DNA of 64,000 nt from a virus (taxonomy: Duplodnaviria > Heunggongvirae > Uroviricota > Caudoviricetes), in IMG/VR virus record IMGVR_UViG_3300037423_001636, positions 141,169 through 205,168 of that record. The stretch is one strand, 5' to 3'. The notes under the pieces were generated by a model. It was given only the letters and a program-made list of their open reading frames with translations, was not told the DNA's origin and did no database searches. Below, in pieces: positions 9,883 through 19,132 of the stretch; positions within the stretch are counted from its first letter, which is position 1, and each line of letters begins with the position of its first letter. Both the position numbers and the translations under genes were made by a program.

Positions 9883-12584
9883 CTCTAGCCGACCTACAAC
9901 CTCTCAGCAAGGTCCCATTCCATGGGGTCATTTTGCCCACGTTCGACGTTAGCCTCGACCAGCGGGCCACCGCAGGAGCAAAGGAGAGCTGTTCCAATCT
10001 AGAATTCCTCACTCAGCTCTGTAGAGAAGGATACAAGCAGAAGGTTCTGAATCGTATTCCAAAGGACCAGCAGCCCACCTATACTGAGCGTGTGAAATTC
10101 GAGCTGGATACAATCAACACCCTTGGCTTCACGGACTACATTCTCATGGTCTGGGATATTTGCAGATTTGCCGACGAGAGGAAAATCCCTCGCGGCCCCG
10201 GTCGCGGTTCGGTGTCATCGTCACTCGTGTGCCATCTCATAGGGCTCACAGAACTGGACCCGATTGAATACGGTCTTTTCTTTACTCGTTTCCTATCCAA
10301 AGCCCGCGCCAAAAGCAAGACAGTCGGTGACGTGGTCTATATGGACGGTGGCCTTGTTCCCGACGTGGACATGGACTTTGACTACTACCGTCGCCACGAA
10401 ATTTTCGATTATCTCAAGGAACGCTATCCCGGCCAGACAGCGCATACACTTACGACTACAACCCTCACGTCCAAGTCTCTTATCATGGAGGTAGTCAAGA
10501 TATTCGAGGGTGGCTCCGAAGAAGATGCGCAGGCGGCCAGCGATCTGGTTGAGAAGGAGAGTGGGGTGCCAGAAGAGATCGAGGACGCCATATCAGACGA
10601 TCCGAAGAAGCAGAACGCTCGCTTCAAGGAATGGGCCAAAGACCATCGGGAAGCGGTGGAAATAGCTATGGACATTTCTGGGCTTAACAAGTCCGAAGGC
10701 CAGCACGCATCCGCTTTACTCATTTGTTCCACAAAAATCGATGAGATCATGCCGCTGCAATCGGCCACAGACGATGATGGCGTTCGTCACACGGTCTCAG
10801 GCTACGACATGTATAGCGCGCAAGAAATCTGCCTCAAGTTCGACATCCTAGGACTGAAGACTTTGTCGGTAATCGATGACGTATGTCGCCGAGTCGGGAT
10901 CAAGCTGCGGGGTATGGATGGAGTGCATGACGAAGCGATCTACAGGACTCTACAAGACTTTAAGCATCGCGTAGGAATCTTTCAGCTAGAAACGTTCGCG
11001 CAGGGTAATGCAGCAGCCAAGGTAAAGCCGCGGGACTTTGAGCAGCTTTCAGCCATCCTTGCTATCGCGCGGCCGGGAGCATTTGCCTATATCGACAACT
11101 ACGTCAAATACGTAAATGAGGGAGTATTTCAATCTGTTCATCCGCTCATCGATCCGATCCTCAAGCCAACCGGCGGTGTATCTGTATATCAGGAACAATA
11201 TTTGATGATGTTGAAGGCTGTGGGTATGCACGAAGACCGTGCTGAAAATGCGCGAAAGGTGCTCGGCAAAAAGCTAAAGGAGAAAGTCCCGGAGGTGAAG
11301 GCAGAGATTCTAGAAGTCTGCAAGCGGGAGGGGCGGCCGGTGGAGATAGTGGACTTGCTCTTGAAGATTGCGGAAGATGCTGGTGGATATGCGTTCGCAA
11401 AAGCACACGCTTTTTCGTACGCGATCATCACCGCCCGGTGCATGTATCTGAAAGCCCATTACCCGACCGAATTCTACTGGGCCGTTCTTAGGATGATCCG
11501 CCACGAGTCCAAGAAATACGAAGAACTGGGCCACGTTGACAGAGAGATGCGGACCACTGGCTTTCAGCTGCTGCCCCCTCAACTCTCCACCGGCATGGAT
11601 TTCGAGATTGAAGGCGACCGTAAGATTCGCTTTGCGTTGGGAATGGTACGCGGTGTGTCAGACAAAAGCCAGCCGCTCCTAGAGACTTTCGTCGGTAGCG
11701 GTGTTGTTAAGGAGGGAATGGATAAGTTCTCTATCTTTCAAGCACTCAAGAATGCTGGGCTCAATGTGGGAATAGGGGCGTCGCTCATTCAGGCTGGGTG
11801 CATGTGTGCTTACGACACTTACAAGGACGAGAATGGCGTGCCCTATCGCTCGCGTTCGCGGCTAGTCTTGGAGCTTCTCACATTTAATCTGCTCAACGAT
11901 ACTACGAAAAAACACCTCATGAACGTCGGCGACAAGCCCGAGGTGAATTGGGACGTGATTGCTGGACTCAAGTATCTTGCCGCCCAGCTTAACGACAAGG
12001 GCAAGCCGCTGATTCCAGAGAAGTCGCTCAACGTGATTCGGCGTGATTATAAGCCATACGCCGACATCTACGAGATGAATCGGCGCAATGAGAGATTGGC
12101 CAACTACTTCTACGAGAAGCGGGTTCTCGGCTACTCCTACTCGGAGACTCTTCGCTCGATCTTCGGCGCGCAGGTAGACGATTTGTCTAGTGTCGCCGAG
12201 GTGCTGGCGGCTCCGGCGGGCGAGCTGGTGCGGATGATTGGCTTCGTGGCTGACCCCTTCAAAGGCAAGACGAGGAAGGGGAACAGAGAATTCAAGTTCA
12301 AGCTGCTGGATGAGACCGGCGAGATTCGAGTCAAGGCATTCAATGAGCGGATAGACCTGATAGAGCAGGAGAACGGCGGGGTGTTGCCGATCAAAGAGGA
12401 CCTCGTTATTTTGAATGGCAAGGTCATGGATGGCGACTGTGTGTTCGTACAAACGGGGATCGATGGCCACTGTCTCGGCATACAAACAAATCGCATTTAC
12501 ACCCGCCTCGGCGATTTGAGCGCAAAGAGCAAGAAGGGCAAGAAGTCCGCGGCGGCGGGTGAACAGAAAACTGCCTCTGCGTAA
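9879..12584 (+). CDS. DnaE-type (Pol III alpha, family C) DNA polymerase lacking an N-terminal PHP domain
   Basis: 901 aa. The Pol III alpha catalytic region reads GFTDYILMVWDICRFADERKIPRGPGRGSVSSSLVCHLIGLTELDPIEYGLFFTRFLS. The catalytic aspartates lie in PDVDMDFD. An OB-fold-like C-terminus is present. The palm motifs begin about 100 aa in, so no PHP domain precedes them. Confidence 0.8.
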   Translation: MTLADLQPLSKVPFHGVILPTFDVSLDQRATAGAKESCSNLEFLTQLCREGYKQKVLNRIPKDQQPTYTERVKFELDTINTLGFTDYILMVWDICRFADERKIPRGPGRGSVSSSLVCHLIGLTELDPIEYGLFFTRFLSKARAKSKTVGDVVYMDGGLVPDVDMDFDYYRRHEIFDYLKERYPGQTAHTLTTTTLTSKSLIMEVVKIFEGGSEEDAQAASDLVEKESGVPEEIEDAISDDPKKQNARFKEWAKDHREAVEIAMDISGLNKSEGQHASALLICSTKIDEIMPLQSATDDDGVRHTVSGYDMYSAQEICLKFDILGLKTLSVIDDVCRRVGIKLRGMDGVHDEAIYRTLQDFKHRVGIFQLETFAQGNAAAKVKPRDFEQLSAILAIARPGAFAYIDNYVKYVNEGVFQSVHPLIDPILKPTGGVSVYQEQYLMMLKAVGMHEDRAENARKVLGKKLKEKVPEVKAEILEVCKREGRPVEIVDLLLKIAEDAGGYAFAKAHAFSYAIITARCMYLKAHYPTEFYWAVLRMIRHESKKYEELGHVDREMRTTGFQLLPPQLSTGMDFEIEGDRKIRFALGMVRGVSDKSQPLLETFVGSGVVKEGMDKFSIFQALKNAGLNVGIGASLIQAGCMCAYDTYKDENGVPYRSRSRLVLELLTFNLLNDTTKKHLMNVGDKPEVNWDVIAGLKYLAAQLNDKGKPLIPEKSLNVIRRDYKPYADIYEMNRRNERLANYFYEKRVLGYSYSETLRSIFGAQVDDLSSVAEVLAAPAGELVRMIGFVADPFKGKTRKGNREFKFKLLDETGEIRVKAFNERIDLIEQENGGVLPIKEDLVILNGKVMDGDCVFVQTGIDGHCLGIQTNRIYTRLGDLSAKSKKGKKSAAAGEQKTASA

Positions 12585-12652
12585 CAGGGCGCGGAATCCA
12601 AGATTCTCATTGACTCCATAATCAGCGCAATTAAACTCAACTCACATACAAC

Positions 12653-12892
12653 ATGAATGACACTCCTCTGAAGACCGAGGTCTTCGTCCGAGGCAGACAA
12701 AAAGCGGAAAACACAGAGTATCGTCCGGACGGTCTCACAATCCGGGAATATTTTGCGGCCCACGCCCTTCAGGGTATCCTTGCCAGCTGCAACTATACAA
12801 GGTTCGTCACACCCTCGACACGAGCGGTACAAATGGCTGACGCTCTAATCGAAGAGCTTTTGAAACCAACTAACGATACGACCACTACATGA
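12653..12892 (+). CDS. Hypothetical small protein
   Basis: 79-aa ORF in the gene-dense plus-strand series. Confidence 0.35.
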   Translation: MNDTPLKTEVFVRGRQKAENTEYRPDGLTIREYFAAHALQGILASCNYTRFVTPSTRAVQMADALIEELLKPTNDTTTT

Positions 12893-13284
12893 TTGACCTA
12901 ATTGGGCTGCCCGACGAAACGAGAGATGAAGTAAAAGCTGCGCTCAACACGATCTCCGAAGCTTTACAGGGGAAGTTTGATTTCACAGTGGAGCAAGTGG
13001 AGCAGGCTAACCCCGACTGCTTCTGGGTGGTGTGTGAAGCGGGGGGATACCAAAACGCTGGATTCGCTGGTTGGGACAAAGAGAAGAACGAGCTGGCATT
13101 CGTCTGTCTCGATCCGTCGCGAGCTAAGCACGATGAAGTGGAGGGGGTTCCCGAGGATGAGTCGAAGTGCTGGTGGCGGGCGACTGACACTGAGATATTT
13201 ATCATGCATCTAAACGGGAGCGTGCGAGAAATTTTGAAGAAGGATCGGGAGAGTGCGGCCCACACCGAGGAAGAAGCGGCATGA
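12889..13284 (+). CDS. Hypothetical protein
   Basis: 131-aa ORF whose start makes an ATGA overlap with the previous gene. Confidence 0.4.
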   Translation: MIDLIGLPDETRDEVKAALNTISEALQGKFDFTVEQVEQANPDCFWVVCEAGGYQNAGFAGWDKEKNELAFVCLDPSRAKHDEVEGVPEDESKCWWRATDTEIFIMHLNGSVREILKKDRESAAHTEEEAA

Positions 13285-13661
13285 TAAATCCTCCATCAGA
13301 ATGGGTTTATGGAGACTGGAAAGATGTGCGGGTTGAGCCGCCACGTCCGCAGGATTGCCCCATCTGGGTTTACAACCCCTGCTGGTCTACGCCAGTTCAG
13401 GCAATCAATCAGCTTCACACCACTCTTAGCGACTTTACCCACTGGAAGTCTGCTTCCAAACCAGCGCCGCCCCACCGGATGGGCATAGATGAGTATGAAG
13501 CAGCCTGCTGTTTGGAGGCGTGGCGACGGCAGAGCGTTGATTTTGCGGAGGACAGAGTAGCTGATTCGACCTTTGCGGCCGGGTGGAAAGCGGCGCTGGG
13601 ATGGGAAAAAGCTTGGAAAAATGAGAAAAGCTTTCCAGAATCTTCACGCCTAACCAATTAA
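13281..13661 (+). CDS. Hypothetical protein
   Basis: 126-aa ORF whose start makes an ATGA overlap with the previous gene. Confidence 0.4.
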   Translation: MINPPSEWVYGDWKDVRVEPPRPQDCPIWVYNPCWSTPVQAINQLHTTLSDFTHWKSASKPAPPHRMGIDEYEAACCLEAWRRQSVDFAEDRVADSTFAAGWKAALGWEKAWKNEKSFPESSRLTN

Positions 13662-14566
13662 CGTAGAAGTGGTTGTGAGTCGCACGCTCAGCGGTAAAAG
13701 ATTTTTCTTGAACAATAACACAATTTGCGGTCCAATCGGCGTAACTTCACACGACATTTCACGTCATTCGTTTTTACATCTTCTCATGAGCCAAACCTCA
13801 ACAGTCCAAGCGAACCAGCCGATTACGGCATGGTCGCCGTATTGTCTGGATAGCGAAAGCCGTCCATTCAATAGCGTGTCCCTTAAAGGGGCTACGATTG
13901 GGGCGCGGAACTAAGGAGAAGCGCAGCAGAAAGTCAAGTTCTCCACCAGTTTCGAGGCTCCAAGGCAACTTGGAGCTTTTTTTGTGTCAGCGACCGAGCC
14001 ATAGGGCACCAGTTCTTTCAGATTCACTCTAGCAACGATTCTTCAGAAACACACTTGACAGATTCAACAGAGTCTAAACAGTGGTAGAGAGTTGAGGCTA
14101 GTAGACACTTTTGGACCCGCGAGTCGGGTCCGACTCGGCGCAAGCCGAGTATTCTTTCTCAGATTCCAAAAGCGGCATTGATTACCTGTTGCCGCGACCA
14201 AACCCAGAGAGCTTGGGATACAGCTCCGAGGGATCATGTGATGAGTTCGTAGCCGGGAATGTTTCCGGTGATGAGAACCAACCCGCATTTAAGAGTTGGT
14301 GACCTTACCCTTTCCAAAGTGAAAGCTGTTTACTCTCCTCGTTCCCGCAGAAGCGGTGGAGCGGGGGGAGTCTCTTTGCTCAGCCCAAGGTGGCCGGCGT
14401 TAGCCCGCTAGAATAAGCTGAGATGATAGCGCCACTATCCCTTGGGACGTGGCACGAAGTAAATGAAAGGAAGACGACATGATTGTCATCTCCCTGATCG
14501 CTGTGCTGGGTATTCTGGTCATTTATGACCAAGACTATCGCCGCGGCGAGTAATCAGAAAACAACC

Positions 14567-14605
14567 GGCTGGAGGGACTGCAAACCTCCAGCCATCTCCC
14601 TTTGT
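14567..14605. terminator. Putative rho-independent terminator hairpin
   Basis: A 9-bp perfect inverted repeat (GGCTGGAGG ... CCTCCAGCC) with a 9-nt loop is followed by the T-rich ATCTCCCTTTGTT. It sits between the converging minus-strand HNH gene and the plus-strand upstream region. Confidence 0.45.
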
Positions 14606-14743
14606 TCCGGCTTCTATGTGCTTACTCATTTCGATGCGTAGGCTTTGTCAGCTCACCAAAGTAGGCAAGACACTCTCTTAGCGGGAGCGCCGAACTTCGC
14701 CGAAAAAGCGCTGAATCGTTCAGGGACAGCGACAATGCCCCCT

Positions 14744-15331
14744 CTAGTGCGGATCGACTATCTCGATCTCCGGGACAACTCCTTCAGTATTATATTGAGC
14801 CTCTTTCAACTCGAAATGAGTTTCCCTATGGCAGTTGGCGCATAGGATGTCGCATTTGTCTAGTTCTTGTTTTACAGCTGTACTGAAGCCGAGGCTTGAA
14901 TCCTTGGAAAGGGCAAAGTCCTTTTCTGAAGGGTCTCTGTGATGGAATTCAAGAGCTGTAATACATCGATTATAGCCGCATTTTATGCATTTGCCGCCTT
15001 TGTATTCGACGCAAAGCTCCTTGAACCGTCTTTGTCTTCGGCGTAGTTGTAGATGAGTGCATTTTTTACAATATCCAGACGCACCCTCTTTACCATTCTT
15101 GTTGTAGAACTCTGAGCGTGGTTTAGCCACTTTGCATTCGGGACATGTTCGAATCGGGGCGTTGATTATTCGTTCTGGTAGTTTCACTCCGTGTTTGTTG
15201 GCCCACCCTTCTAGTTTCGTGGTGCTCACCATTAAGGCGGCGGCTGTAGCCTTGATTGTTTTATGAATGTGGAGCGCATTCTCAATTTCGACTTTGGTCA
15301 TCGGTCTTCTATTCTGTGATGTTCCTCTCAT
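14744..15331 (-). CDS. HNH homing endonuclease
   Basis: 195 aa on the minus strand, opposite to the surrounding genes. HNH motifs: CIKCGYNRCITALEFHHRDPSEKD ... CANCHRETH. Confidence 0.75.
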   Translation of the reverse strand: MRGTSQNRRPMTKVEIENALHIHKTIKATAAALMVSTTKLEGWANKHGVKLPERIINAPIRTCPECKVAKPRSEFYNKNGKEGASGYCKKCTHLQLRRRQRRFKELCVEYKGGKCIKCGYNRCITALEFHHRDPSEKDFALSKDSSLGFSTAVKQELDKCDILCANCHRETHFELKEAQYNTEGVVPEIEIVDPH

Positions 15332-15431
15332 AGTATAGAGATTTACACCAAAGATAGTCGGAGTTTGACTGTCTCTAGATTTATTTCGAATCTACCGCCA
15401 ACACTCAGTGTAGCGGGAACAATTTATTTTC

Positions 15432-15506
15432 GCCTCTGTGATGTAACAGCAAGCATGTGACATTGCCAATGTCAGCGACCGAGGGCAGCACTCGGCAGGG
15501 GCACCA
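15432..15506 (+). tRNA. tRNA-Gly(GCC)
   Basis: Acceptor GCCTCTG/CAGGGGC. Anticodon arm TGACA-TTGCCAA-TGTCA. T arm CCGAG-GGCAGCA-CTCGG. Encoded CCA. Confidence 0.55.
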
Positions 15507-15654
15507 TTTTGAACGTCTCAATGTCGGCTTTCAATGGCTAAGAAAGCCCGCGAGAATGCGGGGAACGAATGGTGGGTGCCGTTGAGAGCCCTTTTCGCCA
15601 TTCTGCATGATGCTGCTGCCTCAACATCCAAGGCATCCGTTCAATTGAATTTTT

Positions 15655-15745
15655 GGGTCGGTGCCTAGAGTAGCGATTAGCTCGGCCTTTTAAGCCGCCG
15701 CGGGTCACACCGCCATCGGGGGTGCGAGTCCCTCCCGACCCACCA
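15655..15745 (+). tRNA. tRNA-Leu(TAA), class II
   Basis: Perfect acceptor GGGTCGG/CCGACCC. Anticodon loop TTTTAAG. Long variable arm. T arm GGGGG-TGCGAGT-CCCTC. Encoded CCA. Confidence 0.6.
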
Positions 15746-15751
15746 ATTTAC

Positions 15752-15826
15752 GGCGTGTTCGTCAAGTAGTAAGACCGGAGCTTGCAAACCTCCTATACGC
15801 TGGTGCAAATCCAGCACGCGCCTCCA
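15752..15826 (+). tRNA. tRNA-Cys(GCA)
   Basis: Acceptor GGCGTGT/ACGCGCC. Anticodon loop TTGCAAA. T arm GCTGG-TGCAAAT-CCAGC. Encoded CCA. Confidence 0.5.
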
Positions 15827-15976
15827 CTCTCCCCTCTGGGCTCTGCGCTTCAGCAGGCGTCTGACCAGTATGCGGGCCGACAAGGCAAACCGCGAAGGAT
15901 GCGAGGAACCATCGTTGTTGGTGAGGCTCTAGAGCCGAACTGACTATAGCCCCGACGTATACTGGGGCAGAATTTC

Positions 15977-16059
15977 GGGGGATGGGAATGCTATAGTGTG
16001 TTCGCCTGTTTCGCAAACAGGATATTAACAGTCCGGGGCAGATCCGGAATCCTCCACCA
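15977..16059 (+). tRNA. tRNA-Ala(CGC)
   Basis: Acceptor GGGGGAT/ATCCTCC with a G3:U70 alanine identity pair. Anticodon arm CCTGT-TTCGCAA-ACAGG. T arm TCCGG-GGCAGAT-CCGGA. Encoded CCA. Confidence 0.6.
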
Positions 16060-16143
16060 TTTTAACACACTGTTCATAAGGCACTTCTGTGATTTGTAGG
16101 TGGGTTGCACACAACCTCCACCATATAGCGTGTAAACCTATGC

Positions 16144-17007
16144 GTGGCAAAAAGACCTACAGTAACATTGGTGTGCGCATATACTGGAGAGACATTCGAG
16201 AAAGATCGTCGAGAATACCATCGTCAGCTTCGTAATGGGGCCACTCACTTTTACAAGGACAGTAAAGCAGCTGCTTTGGCCAGCGCTGAGGCAAGACGAC
16301 TGAAGCCAGTAGATAGGATTTGTCCACATTGCGGAAACACTTTCGAGGTGATACCGAGACGCCGGGCGGCGACATTTTGTTCTTCTCGTTGCGCTGCCCA
16401 CTATGGGCATGATCAGCTTAAAGCGAATCCGGAGCGAATGCTTACATTTCAAGAAAATGCGTCTGCGGCAGGAAAGAAAGCGTGGGCCGCCGGAAAACAC
16501 GATAACGCCATTCATCGAAATGGGCGTCGTCGCGCAAAAATCGAATCGCGTGGTTGCGCGGTGTGTGGTGCTGGGTTCGAATGCAAAGACAACAGCAAGC
16601 GCAAAACCTGCGGCAAGCCAGAATGCAAAAGGGAGGCTACTGCTCGCGGAGTTAGAGCCAACCCCAATTGTGGTGGAGAAAGCAATTATAGACGCTACAG
16701 ATACAAAGACATTTTGTTTGATTCGGCGTGGGAGCTTGAGATCGCTCAGTGGATGGACGGGGTTGGTATGCAATGGATTCGAGACAAAAAGATCTGGTTT
16801 CGCTGGACAGATCAAAATGGCACGATTAGACGTTATCACCCAGACTTCTACTTGCCCAGTTTTAATATTTATCTAGATCCCAAGAACAAGTTTCTACTGG
16901 AACGAGACGCTTTCAAGCTAGAGGCTGTGAAACGTGAGCATGGCATCAATCTCGTTTGGGGGAGTAGGGAAGAGATTTTAGTCTTCCTTCAGAATCTATT
17001 GGGGTAG
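16144..17007 (+). CDS. Putative homing endonuclease (N-terminal zinc ribbons + C-terminal PD-(D/E)xK-like nuclease domain) inserted in the tRNA array
   Basis: 287 aa. There are several CxxC pairs (CPHCG, CAVCG, CGKPEC). The C-terminus reads DSAWELEIAQWMD...YHPDFYLPSFNIYLDPKNK...EHGINLVW, the restriction-endonuclease-like pattern of phage homing endonucleases. It is the only ORF inside the tRNA array. Confidence 0.5.
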   Translation: MAKRPTVTLVCAYTGETFEKDRREYHRQLRNGATHFYKDSKAAALASAEARRLKPVDRICPHCGNTFEVIPRRRAATFCSSRCAAHYGHDQLKANPERMLTFQENASAAGKKAWAAGKHDNAIHRNGRRRAKIESRGCAVCGAGFECKDNSKRKTCGKPECKREATARGVRANPNCGGESNYRRYRYKDILFDSAWELEIAQWMDGVGMQWIRDKKIWFRWTDQNGTIRRYHPDFYLPSFNIYLDPKNKFLLERDAFKLEAVKREHGINLVWGSREEILVFLQNLLG

Positions 17008-17089
17008 TGGCACGACAAGTAAGGCACCGCGTTTGCAATGCGTAAGAGCGTAAGCTCGAATAGGGGCGCGATACCCCTCTACTCCACCA
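17001..17089 (+). tRNA. Class II tRNA-like unit; anticodon unresolved (loop TTTGCAA, possibly TGC)
   Basis: Acceptor GGGGTAG/CTACTCC. T arm AGGGG-CGCGATA-CCCCT. A variable-arm hairpin GAGC-GTAA-GCTC is present. Encoded CCA. The D and anticodon arms are imperfect. Confidence 0.4.
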
Positions 17090-17222
17090 TCTTGGGTATC
17101 CAATCCCGTGGCTAGAGGCCACCGTTTGGGCCGCGATAGCGTCCACCAATTTGGCTAGCGACCTTCGGGTGTCTAGCTCCCGTTTGAGTCGGGCGTTCCG
17201 CGGTGGCGATAAACCCCTTTGT

Positions 17223-17300
17223 GTGAGCGTGGGCCAGATAGCAGGCCGCCATCCTTCCAAGCTGGTTTTTACGCGGATGCGAGTTCCGCCGCTCACTCCA
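17223..17300 (+). tRNA. tRNA-Gly(TCC)
   Basis: Perfect acceptor GTGAGCG/CGCTCAC. D stem GGCC/GGCC. Anticodon loop CTTCCAA. T arm GCGGA-TGCGAGT-TCCGC. Encoded CCA. Confidence 0.5.
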
Positions 17301-17431
17301 CTTTCCCGTCCTGAGAACAAAGGCCCATTGGGACTAGCTAGCATGATTCTGGTGGGGTCAGCAAAGGCTATGGACCCGCGGTCCATATCGGATGGCTCAG
17401 CCGGATTGCAACGGCACGGGAATTCACTTTT

Positions 17432-17518
17432 GGGTTAGTCACATAGCAGCAATTGTAGCGCACTGTAAATGCGCCGAGCTAACGCTCTCCGAAGGTGCGA
17501 GTCCTTCCTAGCCCACCA
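17432..17518 (+). tRNA. tRNA-Tyr(GTA), class II
   Basis: Acceptor GGGTTAG/CTAGCCC. Anticodon arm GCGCA-CTGTAAA-TGCGC. Long variable arm. T arm GAAGG-TGCGAGT-CCTTC. Encoded CCA. Confidence 0.6.
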
Positions 17519-17523
17519 TTTTC

Positions 17524-17598
17524 GGCCCTGTCATCCAACAGTCAGGATGTCCGCTTGATAGGCGGGTCATATCGGTGCGAATCCGTTCGGGGCTACCA
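17524..17598 (+). tRNA. tRNA-Ile(GAT)
   Basis: Acceptor GGCCCTG/CGGGGCT. D stem ATCC/GGAT with loop AACAGTCA. Anticodon arm TCCGC-TTGATAG-GCGGG. T loop TGCGAAT. Encoded CCA. Confidence 0.6.
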
Positions 17599-17602
17599 TT
17601 TT

Positions 17603-17673
17603 AGGTCCGTGATGAAGCATCAACAGAGCCTCCAAAACTCTGGACGAGGGAGCGTTACCTTCCGGATCTGCCA
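17603..17673 (+). tRNA. tRNA-like unit with an apparent 9-nt anticodon loop (CCTCCAAAA)
   Basis: Acceptor AGGTCCG/CGGATCT. T arm GAGGG-AGCGTTA-CCTTC. Encoded CCA. The anticodon arm CAGAG-CCTCCAAAA-CTCTG has a 9-nt loop. Confidence 0.35.
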
Positions 17674-17814
17674 TTTTATTGCTGGGTCAATTAACCGATC
17701 TATTCCAACCTAGGTATCGGTTAGTTCGATACCGAAAGGTGTCTACAGCAGCCAATTCCTCGTCAATAAACCGAGAACGGAAGGTAAGACAGCGCCGGGT
17801 CAAATGCTGCATAC

Positions 17815-17887
17815 GGAGTCAGACCTAGTGGTCAGCGTCGCCTGAAGAGCGAAGCAGAGTGGGATGCGATCTCCCCGGGCTCCACCA
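17815..17887 (+). tRNA. tRNA-Phe(GAA)
   Basis: Acceptor GGAGTCA/GGGCTCC (6 of 7 positions paired). Anticodon loop CTGAAGA. T loop TGCGATC. Encoded CCA. Confidence 0.55.
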
Positions 17888-17993
17888 TTTTCTATTGCAG
17901 CCACAAGCCGTATGACGCTAAAGGTCCTCATAAGTCCTGCTTCGAAAGGAGCTATGCCCGGTGAAACTCCGCGGGGTCTGCAACCATTTTTAT

Positions 17994-18068
17994 ACAGACG
18001 TGGGTCATTAGCTGATCGCTCGGCTTGGGACCGAGATTAAGTGAGTGCGATTCTCACCGTCTGTACCA
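17994..18068 (+). tRNA. tRNA-Pro(TGG)
   Basis: Perfect acceptor ACAGACG/CGTCTGT. D stem GGTC/GATC. Anticodon arm CTCGG-CTTGGGA-CCGAG. T arm GTGAG-TGCGATT-CTCAC. Encoded CCA. Confidence 0.65.
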
Positions 18069-18168
18069 TTTTGATCCAACGCATGGAGGGGTGAAACTCT
18101 GTCGAGCTACTCCCCGGTTGTGCAGATAGCCGTTCGACAGCTGGCTATCATTTGGGTCAATTTATTTT

Positions 18169-18242
18169 GGGCTATTGTTGAATGAGTATCATAGGAATCT
18201 GTCTAATTCCAATAGCGAGTGCGAGTCTCGCATAGCCCGCCA
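18169..18242 (+). tRNA. tRNA-Asp(GTC)
   Basis: Perfect acceptor GGGCTAT/ATAGCCC. Anticodon arm GGAAT-CTGTCTA-ATTCC. T arm GCGAG-TGCGAGT-CTCGC. Encoded CCA. Confidence 0.6.
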
Positions 18243-18527
18243 TTTTAGCCGCACGCATTCTCTAAGATCCTTGGGGTCTTTCGGTCTCATGGGAGACGTG
18301 TTGTTGAACCGTCAGTTCAACTGATGGACTTGACGGTCCATGGCCTCCCTTTCTCTCGTGGCATAGCTGAAGCGGTACCGGTCCGCCCAGCTTCTGGCTT
18401 GCGCTGACGCCGCCCGCTTTGCGGCTTAGGGTGGCAGCCGAATCCGCCGTGCTCCTGTTGTAGGCGGGGATTAGCTCCTGCCGGTCAGGCAACGCGAATC
18501 GCGGTAGTCACGAGAGGATCTTTTTAC

Positions 18528-18603
18528 GGACGCTTGACCCAGCAGCTACGGTACCTGCCCTACACGCAGAGGTTCGGGGGTGCGAGTCCCTCAGCGTCCA
18601 CCA
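18528..18603 (+). tRNA. tRNA-Val(TAC)
   Basis: Perfect acceptor GGACGCT/AGCGTCC. Anticodon loop CCTACAC (position 33 is C). T arm GGGGG-TGCGAGT-CCCTC. Encoded CCA. Confidence 0.55.
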
Positions 18604-18610
18604 TTTTTAT

Positions 18611-18688
18611 TCCCGTCGAGGAGTCTAGCGACACCGGCGCACTGTTAATGCGTGTTCGAGCATGGAGCGTAACCATGGGCGGGAGCCA
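18611..18688 (+). tRNA. tRNA-Asn(GTT)
   Basis: Acceptor TCCCGTC/GGCGGGA. Anticodon arm GCGCA-CTGTTAA-TGCGT. T arm CATGG-AGCGTAA-CCATG. Encoded CCA. Confidence 0.55.
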
Positions 18689-18692
18689 TTTC

Positions 18693-18767
18693 GGATCGTT
18701 CGTCTATCAGTTAGGACAGAAGCCCGACATGCTTCAGAGAACCGTGCAACTCGGTTACGATCCACCA
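18693..18767 (+). tRNA. tRNA-Val(GAC)
   Basis: Perfect acceptor GGATCGT/ACGATCC. Anticodon arm GAAGC-CCGACAT-GCTTC. T arm AACCG-TGCAACT-CGGTT. Encoded CCA. Confidence 0.6.
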
Positions 18768-18771
18768 TTTT

Positions 18772-18846
18772 CGGGATATGGCCTAACAGTAGGGCGCTAG
18801 TCTGGGGGACTAGAGTGCGCCGGGGCAGCACCGGCTATCCCGACCA
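18772..18846 (+). tRNA. tRNA-Pro(GGG)
   Basis: Perfect acceptor CGGGATA/TATCCCG. Anticodon arm CTAGT-CTGGGGG-ACTAG. T arm GCCGG-GGCAGCA-CCGGC. D loop AACAGTA. Encoded CCA. Confidence 0.6.
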
Positions 18847-18852
18847 TTTTAA

Positions 18853-18928
18853 CGGTGTGTATTGTCAAGGGCAGACGGCCTTGTTCGGAACGAGGAGGTT
18901 GGGATATCGTAATTCCCCACGCCGACCA
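18853..18928 (+). tRNA. tRNA-Pro(CGG), with a canonical-type elbow
   Basis: Acceptor CGGTGTG/CACGCCG. Anticodon arm CCTTG-TTCGGAA-CGAGG. T loop ATCGTAA (T55 C56). D loop AAGGGCA (G-rich). Encoded CCA. Confidence 0.6.
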
Positions 18929-18932
18929 TTTT

Positions 18933-19046
18933 GGCTCTAAAGTTCAGCGCAGTCGTCACGAGGTTGATCGCTGGTTGATGCGCGCGAGAAGAACGCCCAC
19001 CCTGATCGAGTGGGAGGCACGGGTGAAATACCCGTTGGAGCCGCCA
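18933..19046 (+). tRNA. Over-long (114-nt) tRNA-like unit; internal arms unresolved
   Basis: Acceptor GGCTCTA/TGGAGCC with an encoded CCA. T arm ACGGG-TGAAATA-CCCGT. The body is ~35 nt longer than a class II tRNA, so it may be an insertion or two fused units. Confidence 0.3.
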
Positions 19047-19052
19047 ATTTAC

Positions 19053-19126
19053 GGACCCATAATGTAGAGTAGCATTCACGGCTTTGAACCGTTGCAGTCT
19101 AGGTGCAAGTCCTAGTGGGTCTGCCA
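19053..19126 (+). tRNA. tRNA-Gln(TTG)
   Basis: Acceptor GGACCCA/TGGGTCT. Anticodon loop CTTTGAA. T arm CTAGG-TGCAAGT-CCTAG. Encoded CCA. Confidence 0.55.
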
Positions 19127-19132
19127 TTTTGT

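Noticed and set aside
14041-14075. Sigma70 promoter TTGACA-N17-TATAAT in the 13.7-14.6 kb non-coding region
   Set aside because: A -35 TTGACA is present at 14054, but no acceptable -10 hexamer lies at 16-18 nt. I recorded it only as one member of the recurrent CTTGAC motif class.
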